From positions 1 to 64,000 of the forward strand of contig AP039702.1 in the NCBI GenBank assembly GCA_051599415.1: 64,000 nt of DNA, given 5' to 3'. Position 1 is the stretch's first letter; the number at the start of each line of letters is the position of its first letter. A program made the translations under genes and the position numbers. The DNA comes from Savitreella phatthalungensis (lineage: Eukaryota). This document shows, one piece after another, positions 62,866 through 64,000 of the stretch. The notes under the pieces are model-generated. The model saw only the letters and a program-made list of their open reading frames with translations. It made no database searches and was not told the DNA's origin.

Positions 62866-64000
62866 GCTAAATTTGCCAGGCTATCGCTTGGATGATCGAA
62901 GAGGTCGCGTGTAGCTTCAAAGAGCTCGGAAGGGACTGCGTTTGTGGACTGCTAGTGCAATGTGCTTGCGATGCGTCATCTACAGGCTAATTCTTAGGAA
63001 GCACGCGAAGAATATCTTGTGGGCCCTCCTAATTTGACAACACGGTTTTCCTTTTTGCACAACAAAAAGCGATCAGCAGATTTTAGATGCAGCCAAAACA
63101 CTGAACAGCTAATCGGCGTTCGTGACGGAGATGAACAGGTGCACAATTTAAGTCTATGTGGCAAAAATACTAGCTTGTTTGGCTGGATAGGATAACCAAA
63201 CATGGCTCAAATGGCAGGTCTTCTAGCTTTCTCAGATGCAAGATATTGCACTACCAATTTGGAATCCTGCGTTGCCTTTCTCCCCGCAAAGCAGCCTTTG
63301 TCAACAGGGGCTGGGCCATCGCAATCTGCCTGCCCCTTCTTATTAATATCCTGCTACCAAGTGAGCCATAGCATCTTCTGGGCTTGAAGCCTCTGCTCGC
63401 AGCTGTCTGAGACAGGATGGCATGCATTAGACTTCCTGTTAATTCCTGATGGCAAGCATTTGCCTCTCAGGCTGTGTAAAATCTCTCAGTAATGATGGGA
63501 TCGCTCCTTTTCTTATGGCTGCAGAAGTTCTCGGGAATGAGCTTAGCTCCCTCACAGTGTATCTACGAGTATCATGGCTTGCTAGCTGGCTGTCCATATG
63601 ATATGAAGATGTCAGCAACTGCAAAACTGCCAGATGGCCAGATGCTTGTGGCACCGTACACTTAAAATTACTCTTTATTTTTCGCTGTGCATTTTCGCTG
63701 TGCAAAAGGAAAATCCGTGGTGTCAAATCAGGAGGACCCATATTTTGCTTCTGAATACCTTGGGTATACATCAATGACAGAGTCTGTCCTACAAAGGCCG
63801 TCATCTGATTCCGGCTGATGAGTTGTACGAGGTGGCGATAGGACTAATTGATCGAGGCAGGTCAGATACCTTTGCTTGAGCAAAACTTTATGCTGAGCAT
63901 CGTTGAGGAGTACATTTGGCGCATGTCCTCATGTGCACGCCCGGGCTTGAGTAGCTGAGGGCGTCCCTATGCTGTGAATCCCTGACTCGCTAGACGCTTG

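Overview
Left end of a chromosome from a compact, intron-poor, GC-balanced ascomycete yeast-like fungus. Gene content and style suggest Taphrinomycotina/Taphrinomycetes; this is inference, not an identification. Bases 1-74 are untrimmed Oxford Nanopore adapter plus native barcode. A short (CCCTAA)n telomere follows, then a ~1.7 kb CpG-depleted subtelomere with a GCT microsatellite. The rest is about 35 densely packed, mostly housekeeping genes: VPS55, TRS120, IES6, ELP2, CDC1, two tandem SAM methyltransferases, a hybrid histidine kinase, AIM32-like, MSO1, VRG4, TOM7, ILS1, FLX1, DER1, SPC34, CDC45, a CorA/ALR transporter, LOG1, BIO2, RRP42, MAG1, LEU4-type, LYS21-type, RBM26/27-like, RPL3, YEA4, an ABCA transporter, GSP1, VMA6, TEL2, RPL27, PCBD and CDS1. 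The most notable observation is that the ABCA gene is split by a +1 frame change, and its overlap contains an in-frame ACC_UUU_CGG. This matches the UUU_CGN +1 ribosomal frameshift signal, but a nanopore homopolymer error is a serious alternative. Other signals are CpG-to-TpG decay islands, overlapping convergent genes, shortened proteins, a spliced microprotein missed by the ORF track, and structured ribosomal-protein introns. No tRNA, rRNA or intact transposon was recognised.
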